Positions 1 through 8,188 of a stretch of DNA of 52,857 nt are shown here, one piece after another. The DNA lies in assembly GCA_007123425.1 (NCBI GenBank), contig SKLC01000079.1, forward strand, positions 1-52,857, in the 5' to 3' direction. Origin of the DNA: Nitriliruptoraceae bacterium. Lineage in GTDB: Bacteria; Actinomycetota; Nitriliruptoria; Nitriliruptorales; Nitriliruptoraceae. Under the pieces are notes generated by a model, which saw only the letters and a program-made list of their open reading frames with translations, was not told where the DNA came from and ran no database searches. Each line of letters opens with the position of its first letter. Position 1 is the first letter of the stretch. The position numbers were made by a program, and so were the translations under genes.

Positions 1-40
1 CGGTCGCCTCTGGACGGCGTGCGGGGATCGTGGTCAGCCC

Positions 41-1390
41 TCACCCCGCGGTGTGGGACGAGGCGGCATGGGCAGCACTGCGCAGGGCGGCCTCCGCATC
101 GACCAGCAGCTGCCGGGTGCTCTCGCGCATGGTCGCGGCGCCCACCGTCACCGAGGCGTGCGCCCCGTCGGGCCGCCGGATCCCGGCCGCTGCCACCGCC
201 CCGCGGATGCGGACGGCCGCCTGCCCGGCGCCCTCGCTGCCGGTCCAGGGCAGCAGCACGACGAAGATGCGCTCGCTCCACCGAGCCAGCACGTCGGCCG
301 TGCGGCAGGTGGCCGCGAGCCGGGATGCCAGGGCAACGACCATCCGGTCGGCGGCGTCGCGCCCGTGGTCTGCGGCCAGCTGCTCGTAGTCGTCCACCTC
401 GAGCGCCAGCAGGGAGAGCTGGCCATCGAGGCGCGCGGTCTGCGCCGCGAAGCGCTCGAGGTCCTGCTCGGCGGCCCGCCGGTTGGGCAGCCCCGTGAGC
501 CGGTCGCTCAGCGCCCGGTTCTCGAGCTCGTCGACGTGGCCCCGCAGGCGGTCGCGTGCCTGCTTGGCCTGCACGGCGGCGGCGACCCGCGCCAGCACCT
601 CGTCGATGTCGAAGGGCTTGCGGATGTAGTCCTGCGCTCCCTGGCGCAGCCCCTCCACCACGGTCGCGTCGTCGAGCGCGCTGATCAGCAGCACCGGCAC
701 CTCGCTGCCCGCCTCGCTCTCACGCAGCCGTCGGAGCAGCTCCAGGCCGGACATGTCCGGCAGCATCACGTCGAGCAGCAGGACGTCCGGCGGACGGGCC
801 AGGGCGGCGTCGAGACCACGACCGGCGGCCTCGAAGCCCACGACCACGTAGCCCTCGAGCTCGAGGGTCTGGATCAACAGCCCGCGCACGGACGCGTCGT
901 CCTCGACGACCATGACCCGCCCGCCGCCGGACAGCGTGTCCTGCCCCGTCAGGGCGCCGGTGGCGGGCGCCGGCGGCGAGGGGCTGCCGCCTGCGTGGGA
1001 AGGCGGCGCTGCCTGGGCGGGGCCCGGATCGGCGGTGGCTCGAAGCGTCAGCGTCCGGGCGGCGGCGGCCAGCTCGCCGGGGGCGGCCTCGGCGTCGAGG
1101 CACCGCTGTGCACCGGCCTCGTACAACGCCTGCTGTCCGTCGGCGCCGTCCGCGAGGCCCAGCACGGGTGTGAGCGAGGTCGCAGCCAGGTGGCGAAGGC
1201 GGGAGACGAGCGTCGCCCCGTCGCCGCCCGGCAACCTGGCGGCCACGGCCACCACGTCGGGGCCCACCCGGTGCGCCTGCATCAGCGCGGTCGGGACATC
1301 GTGGGCCACCACGACGTTCCATCCCTCCGAGCCCAGGTCGGCGGCGTGACGGCGCGCCAGCTCCTCGGAGCAGGCCAACAGCAGCTGCAT
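41..1390 (-). CDS. Hybrid response regulator: N-terminal pseudo-receiver + canonical REC + degenerate GGDEF domain
   Basis: 449-aa ORF starting at ATG. Residues ~158-270 are a canonical receiver (VVEDD, LLLDVMLPD, LISAL, IRKPF). The GGDEF domain is recognisable (LTGLPNRR). Its A-site reads RWSERIF instead of GGDEF, with RTAD (RxxD I-site) 5 residues upstream. The first ~118 aa are REC-like but lack the acidic pocket and acceptor Asp. Confidence 0.85.
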   Translation of the reverse strand: MQLLLACSEELARRHAADLGSEGWNVVVAHDVPTALMQAHRVGPDVVAVAARLPGGDGATLVSRLRHLAATSLTPVLGLADGADGQQALYEAGAQRCLDAEAAPGELAAAARTLTLRATADPGPAQAAPPSHAGGSPSPPAPATGALTGQDTLSGGGRVMVVEDDASVRGLLIQTLELEGYVVVGFEAAGRGLDAALARPPDVLLLDVMLPDMSGLELLRRLRESEAGSEVPVLLISALDDATVVEGLRQGAQDYIRKPFDIDEVLARVAAAVQAKQARDRLRGHVDELENRALSDRLTGLPNRRAAEQDLERFAAQTARLDGQLSLLALEVDDYEQLAADHGRDAADRMVVALASRLAATCRTADVLARWSERIFVVLLPWTGSEGAGQAAVRIRGAVAAAGIRRPDGAHASVTVGAATMRESTRQLLVDAEAALRSAAHAASSHTAG

Positions 1391-1480
1391 CCCATCCCTT
1401 CCGGCAGCCCCGTCGCCGCGATCCTACTGCCTGAGGTGGCGCTCCGTGATGGACCGGACGCGAGACGTCACCAACCGACC

Positions 1481-2701
1481 TCAGGGGCGCGGGAGCAGGT
1501 CGCGCAGCCGCACCGTCGGGTCCGCCAGGTGCGCGGGATCCACCTCGACGCCTGCGGCGATCAGCCGCCCGGCCAGCGCGATGTCACGCGGACGGCCCAT
1601 CCCCACCGCGGCGACGAGGCGGGCGCCGTCGAGGTGGAACCAGGAGACCGCCCGCTCCTCCACGCTGCCACGGCGGACCTCGCGGCCTCCGGTGACCGGG
1701 GTGCCGACCGACTGGATGGTGAGGTCGTACTGGTCGGTCCAGAACCAGTGGGGCTCGTCGTAGTCCTCCCCGGCGCCGAGCATGTTGCGGGCGGCGGTGG
1801 CGGCCTGCAGGCCGGCATGCTGCCAGTGCTCGACCCGCACGCGCCGCCCCAGGCGCGGATGGTGGTGGCTGGCGACGTCCCCGGCCGCATAGACGCCCGG
1901 CGCATGGGTACGGCAGCGTTCGTCGACGACGATGCCGTCGTCCACCTCGATCGTCGTGCCCCGGGCGAGCTCGACCGCGGGCTCGATGCCCAGGCCCACG
2001 ACCGCGAGGTCGGCGGGGAGGCGCCGGCCGCCGCGGGTGCGCACCGCCGACAGGCGCTCCTGCCCCTCGAAGGCCGCCACCGCGTCGCCGAGGAGCAGCT
2101 CGACGCCGTGCTCGCGGTGCAGCTCGGCGACGACCCGGCCGATGTCGTCGCCCAGGGCGGCCAGCGGGGTGGGCTGCGGCTCGACGGCCGTGACCTCCAG
2201 GCCCATCTGCCGCAGCGTGGACGCCACCTCGGAGCCGACGAGGCCCAGGCCCACCACGACCGCGCGCCGCCCCGTGAGGGCGGCTGCCCGGATCGCGTCG
2301 GCGTCGGCGACGGTGCGCAGGTCGTGGACTCCCTCGAGCCCGATGCCCGGGATGGGCGGCCGGCGATTGCGCCCGCCCGTGGCCAGCAGCAGCTGCTGGT
2401 AGCCCAGCTCGCTCCCGTCATCGAGGTGCACCCGGCGCTGGGCGGTGTCGAGCCGAGTGGCGCGCACGCCCAGGCGCATCTCGACCTCGTGCTCGTCGTA
2501 GTGCGCGAGGTCGTGGTACCGGATGGCCTCGAGGTCCCGGGTCCCCCGCAGGTACTCCTTGGACAGCGGCGGTCGCTGGTAGGGCGGCTGGGGCTCGTCG
2601 CCCACCAGCACCAGGGGGCCCCGGTAGCCCTCGCGGCGCAGCGTGGTCACGGCGCTGTCACCGGCGGTGTTCGCCCCGATCACGACGATGGGCTCGGCCA
2701 C
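1481..2701 (-). CDS. FAD-dependent pyridine nucleotide-disulfide oxidoreductase (ferredoxin/rubredoxin reductase type)
   Basis: The C-terminal 406 aa of the 631-aa track ORF are homologous. GTG at 2699-2701 is preceded by AAGGGAG. Motifs: VVIGANTAGD (FAD Rossmann) and VVVGLGLVGSEVA (NAD Rossmann). The upstream part of the ORF is low-complexity shadow. Confidence 0.85.
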   Translation of the reverse strand: MAEPIVVIGANTAGDSAVTTLRREGYRGPLVLVGDEPQPPYQRPPLSKEYLRGTRDLEAIRYHDLAHYDEHEVEMRLGVRATRLDTAQRRVHLDDGSELGYQQLLLATGGRNRRPPIPGIGLEGVHDLRTVADADAIRAAALTGRRAVVVGLGLVGSEVASTLRQMGLEVTAVEPQPTPLAALGDDIGRVVAELHREHGVELLLGDAVAAFEGQERLSAVRTRGGRRLPADLAVVGLGIEPAVELARGTTIEVDDGIVVDERCRTHAPGVYAAGDVASHHHPRLGRRVRVEHWQHAGLQAATAARNMLGAGEDYDEPHWFWTDQYDLTIQSVGTPVTGGREVRRGSVEERAVSWFHLDGARLVAAVGMGRPRDIALAGRLIAAGVEVDPAHLADPTVRLRDLLPRP

Positions 2702-2771
2702 GACACGGCTCCCTTGCCAGGCTGCACCCAGCGGATGCTGGGCGGGATCCGCAGGAGGATAGGTTGCCGCG

Positions 2772-3557
2772 ATGACCGGAACCCTCATCAACGCGGGCGC
2801 CATCCTCGCGGGCGCCGGGGCGGGAACCCTGCTCGGCGGGCGCGTCCCACAGCGGGTCCGCACCACCGTCACGGACGCCCTCGGGATCTTCGTGCTCGTG
2901 CTCGGCGCCGGCGACGCGATGGGCACCTTCGGCGACGAGCTCGCCGCGGTCCTCGGGTCGGCGGCGGTGCTGGTGATCCTCGGCGCGCTGCTGCTGGGCG
3001 GGGTGATCGGCGAGGCGGTCGACCTCGAGCAGCGACTGACCACGCTGGGGGCCTGGCTCCGCGACCGGGTGGCGGGAGGCAGCGAGCCGATGGCCGCCGA
3101 GCCCAGCGGCCCCGACCGCGACGTCCTCGAGGACGAGCACGCCGTGCACGACCCGCGGCACCGGTTCGTCGAGGGGTTCGTGGTCACGAGCCTCGTCGTG
3201 TGCGTGGGGCCGCTGGCGATCCTCGGCGCGCTGCAGGACGGGCTGACCGACGGCTTCCAGCTGCTCGCGGTCAAGGCGATGCTCGACGGCTTCGTGGCGC
3301 TGGCCTTCGCCTCGGTGCTGGGTGTGGGCGTGGCCTTCGCCGTGCTGCCCCTGCTCGCGCTCCAGGGCTCGATCACGCTCGCGGCGGGAGCGATCCAAGG
3401 GCTGGTGACCCCACCGATGCTCGAGGCGCTCGGCGCGACCGGGGGCTTCCTGGTGATGGGGATCGGCCTGCGGCTGCTCGAGATCCGCCCGGTCCGCGTT
3501 GCGAACCTGCTGCCCAGCCTCGTGCTCGCACCGCTGGCCGTCGCGCTGTGGCCCTGA
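2772..3557 (+). CDS. DUF554-family (YdfK/YqgA-like) integral membrane protein
   Basis: N-terminus MTGTLINAGAILAGAGAG and central FVEGFVVTSLVVCVGPLAILGALQDGL are typical of DUF554. AGGAGGA RBS upstream of the ATG. Contains a ~25-aa acidic insertion in the central loop. Confidence 0.7.
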   Translation: MTGTLINAGAILAGAGAGTLLGGRVPQRVRTTVTDALGIFVLVLGAGDAMGTFGDELAAVLGSAAVLVILGALLLGGVIGEAVDLEQRLTTLGAWLRDRVAGGSEPMAAEPSGPDRDVLEDEHAVHDPRHRFVEGFVVTSLVVCVGPLAILGALQDGLTDGFQLLAVKAMLDGFVALAFASVLGVGVAFAVLPLLALQGSITLAAGAIQGLVTPPMLEALGATGGFLVMGIGLRLLEIRPVRVANLLPSLVLAPLAVALWP

Positions 3558-3600
3558 GGTCACCGGGGGCGGCGCACCGGTGGCCCCAGGGCCGGGTGCG

Positions 3601-4779
3601 TCAGCTCCAGGGTGCGCCGCGGTGGGGGTCCTTGAGCATGCGGCGGGCGACGACCATGCGGTGGACCTCGTCGGGCCCGTCGTAGAGACGGGCGAAGCGC
3701 GCGTCCCGGTACATCCGCTCCAACGGCAGGTCGGCCGTCACCCCGGCGGCGCCGTGCACCTGGATCGCACGGTCGATGACGTTGTGCAGCATCCGGGCGC
3801 CGTAGAACTTGATCAGCGAGATCTCGATGCGGGCCTCGTCGCCGGCATCGAGCGCGCGGGCGGCGTCGAGGGTCATCAGCCGCGAGGCCTGGATCTCGGC
3901 GGCGGACTCGGCGATGTAGCGCTGGATCTCGCCCTTCTCCCCGAGCACCGAGCCGTGCGCGTAGCGCTGGGTGGCGTACTCGCACATCAGCTCGAAGGCG
4001 CGCTGGGCCTGACCGAGCCAGCGCATGCAGTGGTAGATGCGCCCCGGCCCGAGACGGACCTGCGCGATGCGGAAGCCGCCCCCGCGCTCGCCGAGCAGGT
4101 TCTCCTTCGGCACGCGCACGCTGTCGAGGTGGATCTCGGCGTGGGTCGAGTTCTCGTTGCCCATCGTGGGGATCACCCGCTCGACGGTGAAGCCGTCCGC
4201 GTCGGTGGGCACCAGGATCGCCGAGAACTGCTGGTGGGGCGGGGCCTCGGGGTCGGTCTTCGCGAACACGGTGACGAACGCGGCCCGGTGCGCCCAGGTG
4301 GTGAACCACTTGTGGCCGTCGATCACCCACTCGTCGCCGTCGAGCACGGCCTTGGTTCGCATCAGCGTGGGGTCGGAGCCGGCGACCTCGGGCTCGGTGA
4401 GGCCCACCGCGGGGAAGATCTCGCCGGCGACCAGCGGCTCGAGCCACTGCTGCTTCTGCTCGGCCGTGCCGTAGCGGTACAGCATCAGCGAGTCCTGCAG
4501 GGTGTGGGTGCCCAGCGCGACCATCGCCACCTCGGAGCGGCCGATGACCTCGTTGACGAACACGTAGTCGAGGAAGGCCATCCCTCCCCCGCCGATCTCC
4601 TCGGGGTGGCCCAGGGCCCACAGCCCCCGCCGCTTCGCCGAGGCCATCAGCTCGCCCAGGACCTGCTCGCTCCCGGGCTGCAGCGCCTCCTGCTCGACGG
4701 GCAGCACCTCCTCGTCGATGAAGCGCCGCACGCTCTGGCGCAGGGAACGGATCTCCTCGGACATCTCGGCGATGCTCAC
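3601..4779 (-). CDS. Acyl-CoA dehydrogenase
   Basis: ACAD fold motifs (GLTEPEVAGSDP, FRIAQVRLGPGRIYHCMR, RLYDGPDEVH). The track ORF is over-extended. Start is GTG 4779 (AAGGGTG RBS) or ATG 4764. Confidence 0.85.
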   Translation of the reverse strand: MSIAEMSEEIRSLRQSVRRFIDEEVLPVEQEALQPGSEQVLGELMASAKRRGLWALGHPEEIGGGGMAFLDYVFVNEVIGRSEVAMVALGTHTLQDSLMLYRYGTAEQKQQWLEPLVAGEIFPAVGLTEPEVAGSDPTLMRTKAVLDGDEWVIDGHKWFTTWAHRAAFVTVFAKTDPEAPPHQQFSAILVPTDADGFTVERVIPTMGNENSTHAEIHLDSVRVPKENLLGERGGGFRIAQVRLGPGRIYHCMRWLGQAQRAFELMCEYATQRYAHGSVLGEKGEIQRYIAESAAEIQASRLMTLDAARALDAGDEARIEISLIKFYGARMLHNVIDRAIQVHGAAGVTADLPLERMYRDARFARLYDGPDEVHRMVVARRMLKDPHRGAPWS

Positions 4780-5111
4780 GGCGTCACCCTTTCGTGCACG
4801 TCGGCTCTCACGGCGGGTGTGGACTGGACCCACCGAATGCCGAGGTGACTCGACGCGAGGTGCCGGGGAAAGGGACCAACGGCCCCACCCACCCGGGCGT
4901 TGCGGCAGCAGTCTCCCCGCCCGGCCCGGGCCGCGACGCCGATCCTCGGGCGCCGTCACCGGCTGCGATGGCCCATCGCCCGCCTCGGGTAGGGTCCCGC
5001 CATCCGGGGCACAGGGGCGAACGCGCACTGACAGAAGGGGCGCCGCGTCGCCGGGGCACCGTTCGTTCACCCTGCCCGGGAGCGAGGACCGCCACCCTTC
5101 GAAGGACCGAC

Positions 5112-5714
5112 ATGCGCGTGCGCACCCGCACCACCATCGCCCTGACCGCGGCGATCGCCCTGGCCGTCACCGGCTGCGAGGATCAGGAGCCCGACGAGGC
5201 GGCCGAGCCGGCGACCGATCAGGAGACCGACGAGGCCGACGGCAGCGAGGACCCGGACGACGACGCCACGGATGATTGGGCTGCAGAGGACGAGGCGGAG
5301 CCCGAGGCCGCCGCGACCGTCGGCTCGGTCACGCTGGCCGAGCAGACGGTGGAGCTCGACGAGGCCTTCTGGTGCGAGGACCACGAGTCCCAGGCCGGGC
5401 GCACCGACATGCGGATCGTGGGCATCGCCAACGGCGCGATCAAGCTCGACGCGGGCAGCTACGAGGCCGACGGGGTCACCCGCGACGCCGTGGCGATCTG
5501 GGAGGGCGAGCAGCTCGACCGTGGTCTCGGCGGCACCTCGTTGGTCGCGGTCGAGGACGGTGACGAGGGCTACCCCTGGATCGAGGTGGACGGCACCCAC
5601 GTCAGCATCGACGGCAGCTTCGTGGGCGACGACGATCCCGAGGACGCGGATCCCGTCAGCTTCAGCGCCGACCTCGAGGTGGAGGAGGAGCCGCGCGGCA
5701 GCGCCTTCTGCTGA
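5112..5714 (+). CDS. Secreted lipoprotein with highly acidic N-terminal linker
   Basis: ATG 5112 lies inside the longer track ORF. Signal peptide with lipobox LAVTGC, then a D/E-rich low-complexity stretch and a ~130-aa globular part. No family recognised. Confidence 0.7.
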   Translation: MRVRTRTTIALTAAIALAVTGCEDQEPDEAAEPATDQETDEADGSEDPDDDATDDWAAEDEAEPEAAATVGSVTLAEQTVELDEAFWCEDHESQAGRTDMRIVGIANGAIKLDAGSYEADGVTRDAVAIWEGEQLDRGLGGTSLVAVEDGDEGYPWIEVDGTHVSIDGSFVGDDDPEDADPVSFSADLEVEEEPRGSAFC

Positions 5715-5762
5715 CCCGGGACCGACCGGGACACCCCACGAGCGGCGGGGCGGACGCCATGG

Positions 5763-6236
5763 TCAACGACCGTCGCCGGTGGACGCCACCTCCGCCTTCC
5801 GCGCTACGACGGTGCGCGCCAGCTTGTCGTGCAGGGCCTGGCGCTCGCCGTCCACGGCCGCCCACAGGTAGCCGAGATTGAACGGCAGCGCGGAGAGCAG
5901 CTCCGCGCCGAGCCGGCCGAGCGCACGTCCGGGGCCGATGGGAGCCAGCGTGTCGGCGTCGAGCACCACCCCGCCGACCAGCAGCTTCCCCGCCGTCTGC
6001 CGTCCGTGGGCATGCAGGAAGGTGAAGTAGCAGCCGACCACGACGATGGCGATGACCGGGAACCAGGCGGCGAGCGGCGTCGGGTCGTAGCCGAGCACGA
6101 GCATGAGCAGCCACGGGGGACCGACCAGGAGACCGACCACCAGCCACGTGATGACCACATCGACGACATGGGCCGCCAGCCGGGCGGGGAAGCCCACGGC
6201 TCGGGGCCCGGCGGCGTCGTGGGGACTGGGCACCAT
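5763..6236 (-). CDS. RDD-family membrane protein
   Basis: 157 aa. Typical RDD layout: R..A..VD, two to three TM helices, and a C-terminal ...RQALHDKLARTVV motif. Confidence 0.7.
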   Translation of the reverse strand: MVPSPHDAAGPRAVGFPARLAAHVVDVVITWLVVGLLVGPPWLLMLVLGYDPTPLAAWFPVIAIVVVGCYFTFLHAHGRQTAGKLLVGGVVLDADTLAPIGPGRALGRLGAELLSALPFNLGYLWAAVDGERQALHDKLARTVVARKAEVASTGDGR

Positions 6237-6464
6237 GCGGATCCTTCGCTGCGACTCGTCTCACTCTGGGGCTGTCGTGGCCGCCCCCTTCCCTGCCGAC
6301 GCGAGACTGCGAACCGTGGTTGCCTGCCGGCCAGTCGGGTGGCGTCGGGCGGACGTCCTGCGCGCGGAACGGACACCACGTCCCCGCCGTGCTCCGTCCG
6401 GTCGCGGTGGCACCCGGAACGGTCACAGCCGGGCGGCTACCTTCCGGCGCGTCGGGAGGTCCGC

Positions 6465-8126
6465 GTGCCACCATCGATACGTCCGGAACTACTGCGGCGC
6501 TACGCACAGATCGCCCGCGTGCTGGCACGTCATGGCGGGCAGGACCTCGTGCGCTCCTCGGGGCTCTCCGACCTGCTCGACGAGCCGGTCGACGACGCGG
6601 AGGGCTCCGGCGACGAGCGGCAGGCGGGCCGGGACCTGGCGCAGGACCTCGAGGAGCTCGGTCCGACCTTCATCAAGCTCGGCCAGCTGCTGGCCACCCG
6701 GGGCGACCTGCTCCCGGACGCGCACATCGAGGCGCTCTCGCGGCTCCAGGACGACGTCGCCCCGGTGCCCTTCGGTGAGGTCCGCGAGATCGTCGAGCAG
6801 GAGCTCGGCGTCCGGCTGTTCGCGGCGTTCGACTCCTTCGAGGAGGAGCCGCTGGCCTCGGCGTCGCTCGGCCAGGTCCACCGCGCGGTCACCCGTGAGG
6901 GGCGCCAGGTCGCCGTCAAGGTGCAGCGGCCGGGGATCCGCGAGATCGTCGCCACGGACCTCGAGGCGCTCCACGGGCTCGCGCAGCTGCTCGACGACCA
7001 CACCGAGATGGGTGAGCGCTACCGCTTCGACGAGGCCATCGAGGAGTTCGAGCGCTCGCTGCTCCGCGAGCTCGACTATCGCCGGGAGGGCGCCAGCCTC
7101 GGCGAGCTGCGCGCGAACCTCGCCGGGTTCGACCGGCTGACCGTGCCGGAGCACCTCGAGGACCTGACCACCTCCCGTGTGCTGACCATGGAGCACGTGG
7201 TCGGCACGAAGCTCACCGACCTGTCCGGCGTGGCCCGCATCGACCTCGACGGGCACGAGCTGCTCGATCAGCTCTTCCGCGCCTACCTGCAGCAGATGCT
7301 GGCCGACGGCTTCGTCCACGCCGACCCCCACCCCGGCAACGTCCTGCTCACCGGCGACCACCGCCTGGCGCTCATCGACGTCGGGATGGTGATCCGCCTC
7401 GACGCCGCCACCCGCGAGCGGATGCTGCGACTGCTGGTCACCGTCGCCGACGGCCAGACCCAGGAGGCCGCCGACGTGGCGCTCGCGTTGGGCCGCCCGA
7501 CCTCCTACTTCGACGAGGAGGCCTTCCGCCGTGACGTGGCCGACCTGGTGTCGACCTACCACGACCTGCCCCGAGGCGAGTCCCACGCCGGGAAGATCAT
7601 CACCGAGATGACGCGGATCTCGGGACAGGACGGCGTGCGGCCGCCCTCGGAGCTGACGCTGCTGGGACGCACCCTGCTCGCCCTCGACCAGGTGGCGGCC
7701 GAGCTCGCACCGGACTACGACGCGGACGCCGCGGTGCGCCAGCATGCCGCGACGGTGCTGCAGCAGACGATGGTGGACCAGCTCACGCCGTCGTCGATGC
7801 TCCGCGGGCTGCTCGACACCAAGGAGTTCGTCGAGCAGCTGCCCCGTCGCGCGAACGCCATCCTGGGCGACCTGGCCGACGGCTCGCTGCGGGTGCGGGT
7901 GGACGCCGTCGACGCGGAGCGGCTGATCAGCGCCATCCAGCGCCTGGCCAATCGGCTGGTCGCGGGGCTGGTGCTCGCGGCGCTCATCATCGGTGCTGCG
8001 ATGCTGGCCGGGGTGGAGACCGAGCTGACGCTGTTCGGCTACCCGGCGCTGGCGCTGGTCTTCTTCCTGACCGCGGCGCTGATGGGGCTGTGGCTGGTCA
8101 TCGGCATCCTGCGCGGCGACGAGTGA
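6465..8126 (+). CDS. ABC1/UbiB-family atypical protein kinase with C-terminal TM helices
   Basis: GTG 6465 is preceded by GGGAGG and is in frame with track ORF 5829..8126. Motifs: ELGPTFIKLGQLLATRGDLLP, QVAVKVQRPG, HADPHPGN. Confidence 0.85.
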   Translation: MPPSIRPELLRRYAQIARVLARHGGQDLVRSSGLSDLLDEPVDDAEGSGDERQAGRDLAQDLEELGPTFIKLGQLLATRGDLLPDAHIEALSRLQDDVAPVPFGEVREIVEQELGVRLFAAFDSFEEEPLASASLGQVHRAVTREGRQVAVKVQRPGIREIVATDLEALHGLAQLLDDHTEMGERYRFDEAIEEFERSLLRELDYRREGASLGELRANLAGFDRLTVPEHLEDLTTSRVLTMEHVVGTKLTDLSGVARIDLDGHELLDQLFRAYLQQMLADGFVHADPHPGNVLLTGDHRLALIDVGMVIRLDAATRERMLRLLVTVADGQTQEAADVALALGRPTSYFDEEAFRRDVADLVSTYHDLPRGESHAGKIITEMTRISGQDGVRPPSELTLLGRTLLALDQVAAELAPDYDADAAVRQHAATVLQQTMVDQLTPSSMLRGLLDTKEFVEQLPRRANAILGDLADGSLRVRVDAVDAERLISAIQRLANRLVAGLVLAALIIGAAMLAGVETELTLFGYPALALVFFLTAALMGLWLVIGILRGDE

Positions 8127-8188
8127 TCCGGCCCCTCGCGGGGGTGCGCTGAGACGGCCGTGGGCCCATGGTGATCCCAGGGCAGCGG

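Noticed and set aside
53-3685. Very long ORFs in the track (for example 53..3685 at 1210 aa, 17843..20953 at 1036 aa, 39608..43666 at 1352 aa, 21683..23974, 12490..14379).
   Set aside because: They are Arg/Pro/Gly/Ala-rich low-complexity translations running antisense or out of frame to genes with clear homology. This is the usual stop-codon-poor shadow frame of about 70% GC DNA, not genes.
5026-5033. TGTCAGTG (minus strand), an exact RecA-NDp -35-like element.
   Set aside because: Nothing resembling a TAnnnT -10 follows at N8 (CCCCTG instead), and no gene lies appropriately downstream.
4820-5060. c-di-AMP (ydaO) or c-di-GMP riboswitch upstream of the lipoprotein gene.
   Set aside because: Only vague GGACCCA/CGGGGAA similarities. 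The conserved ACCCGA...CAGCUAACC (ydaO) and GCAAA/ACGCAAAGC (GEMM-I) cores are absent.
8133-8170. Hairpin CCCC-tcgc-GGGG and near-palindrome CCGTGGGCCCATGG between the convergent UbiB-like and BCCT genes as a bidirectional terminator.
   Set aside because: The stems are short, with no T-tract. This is plausible but too weak to annotate.
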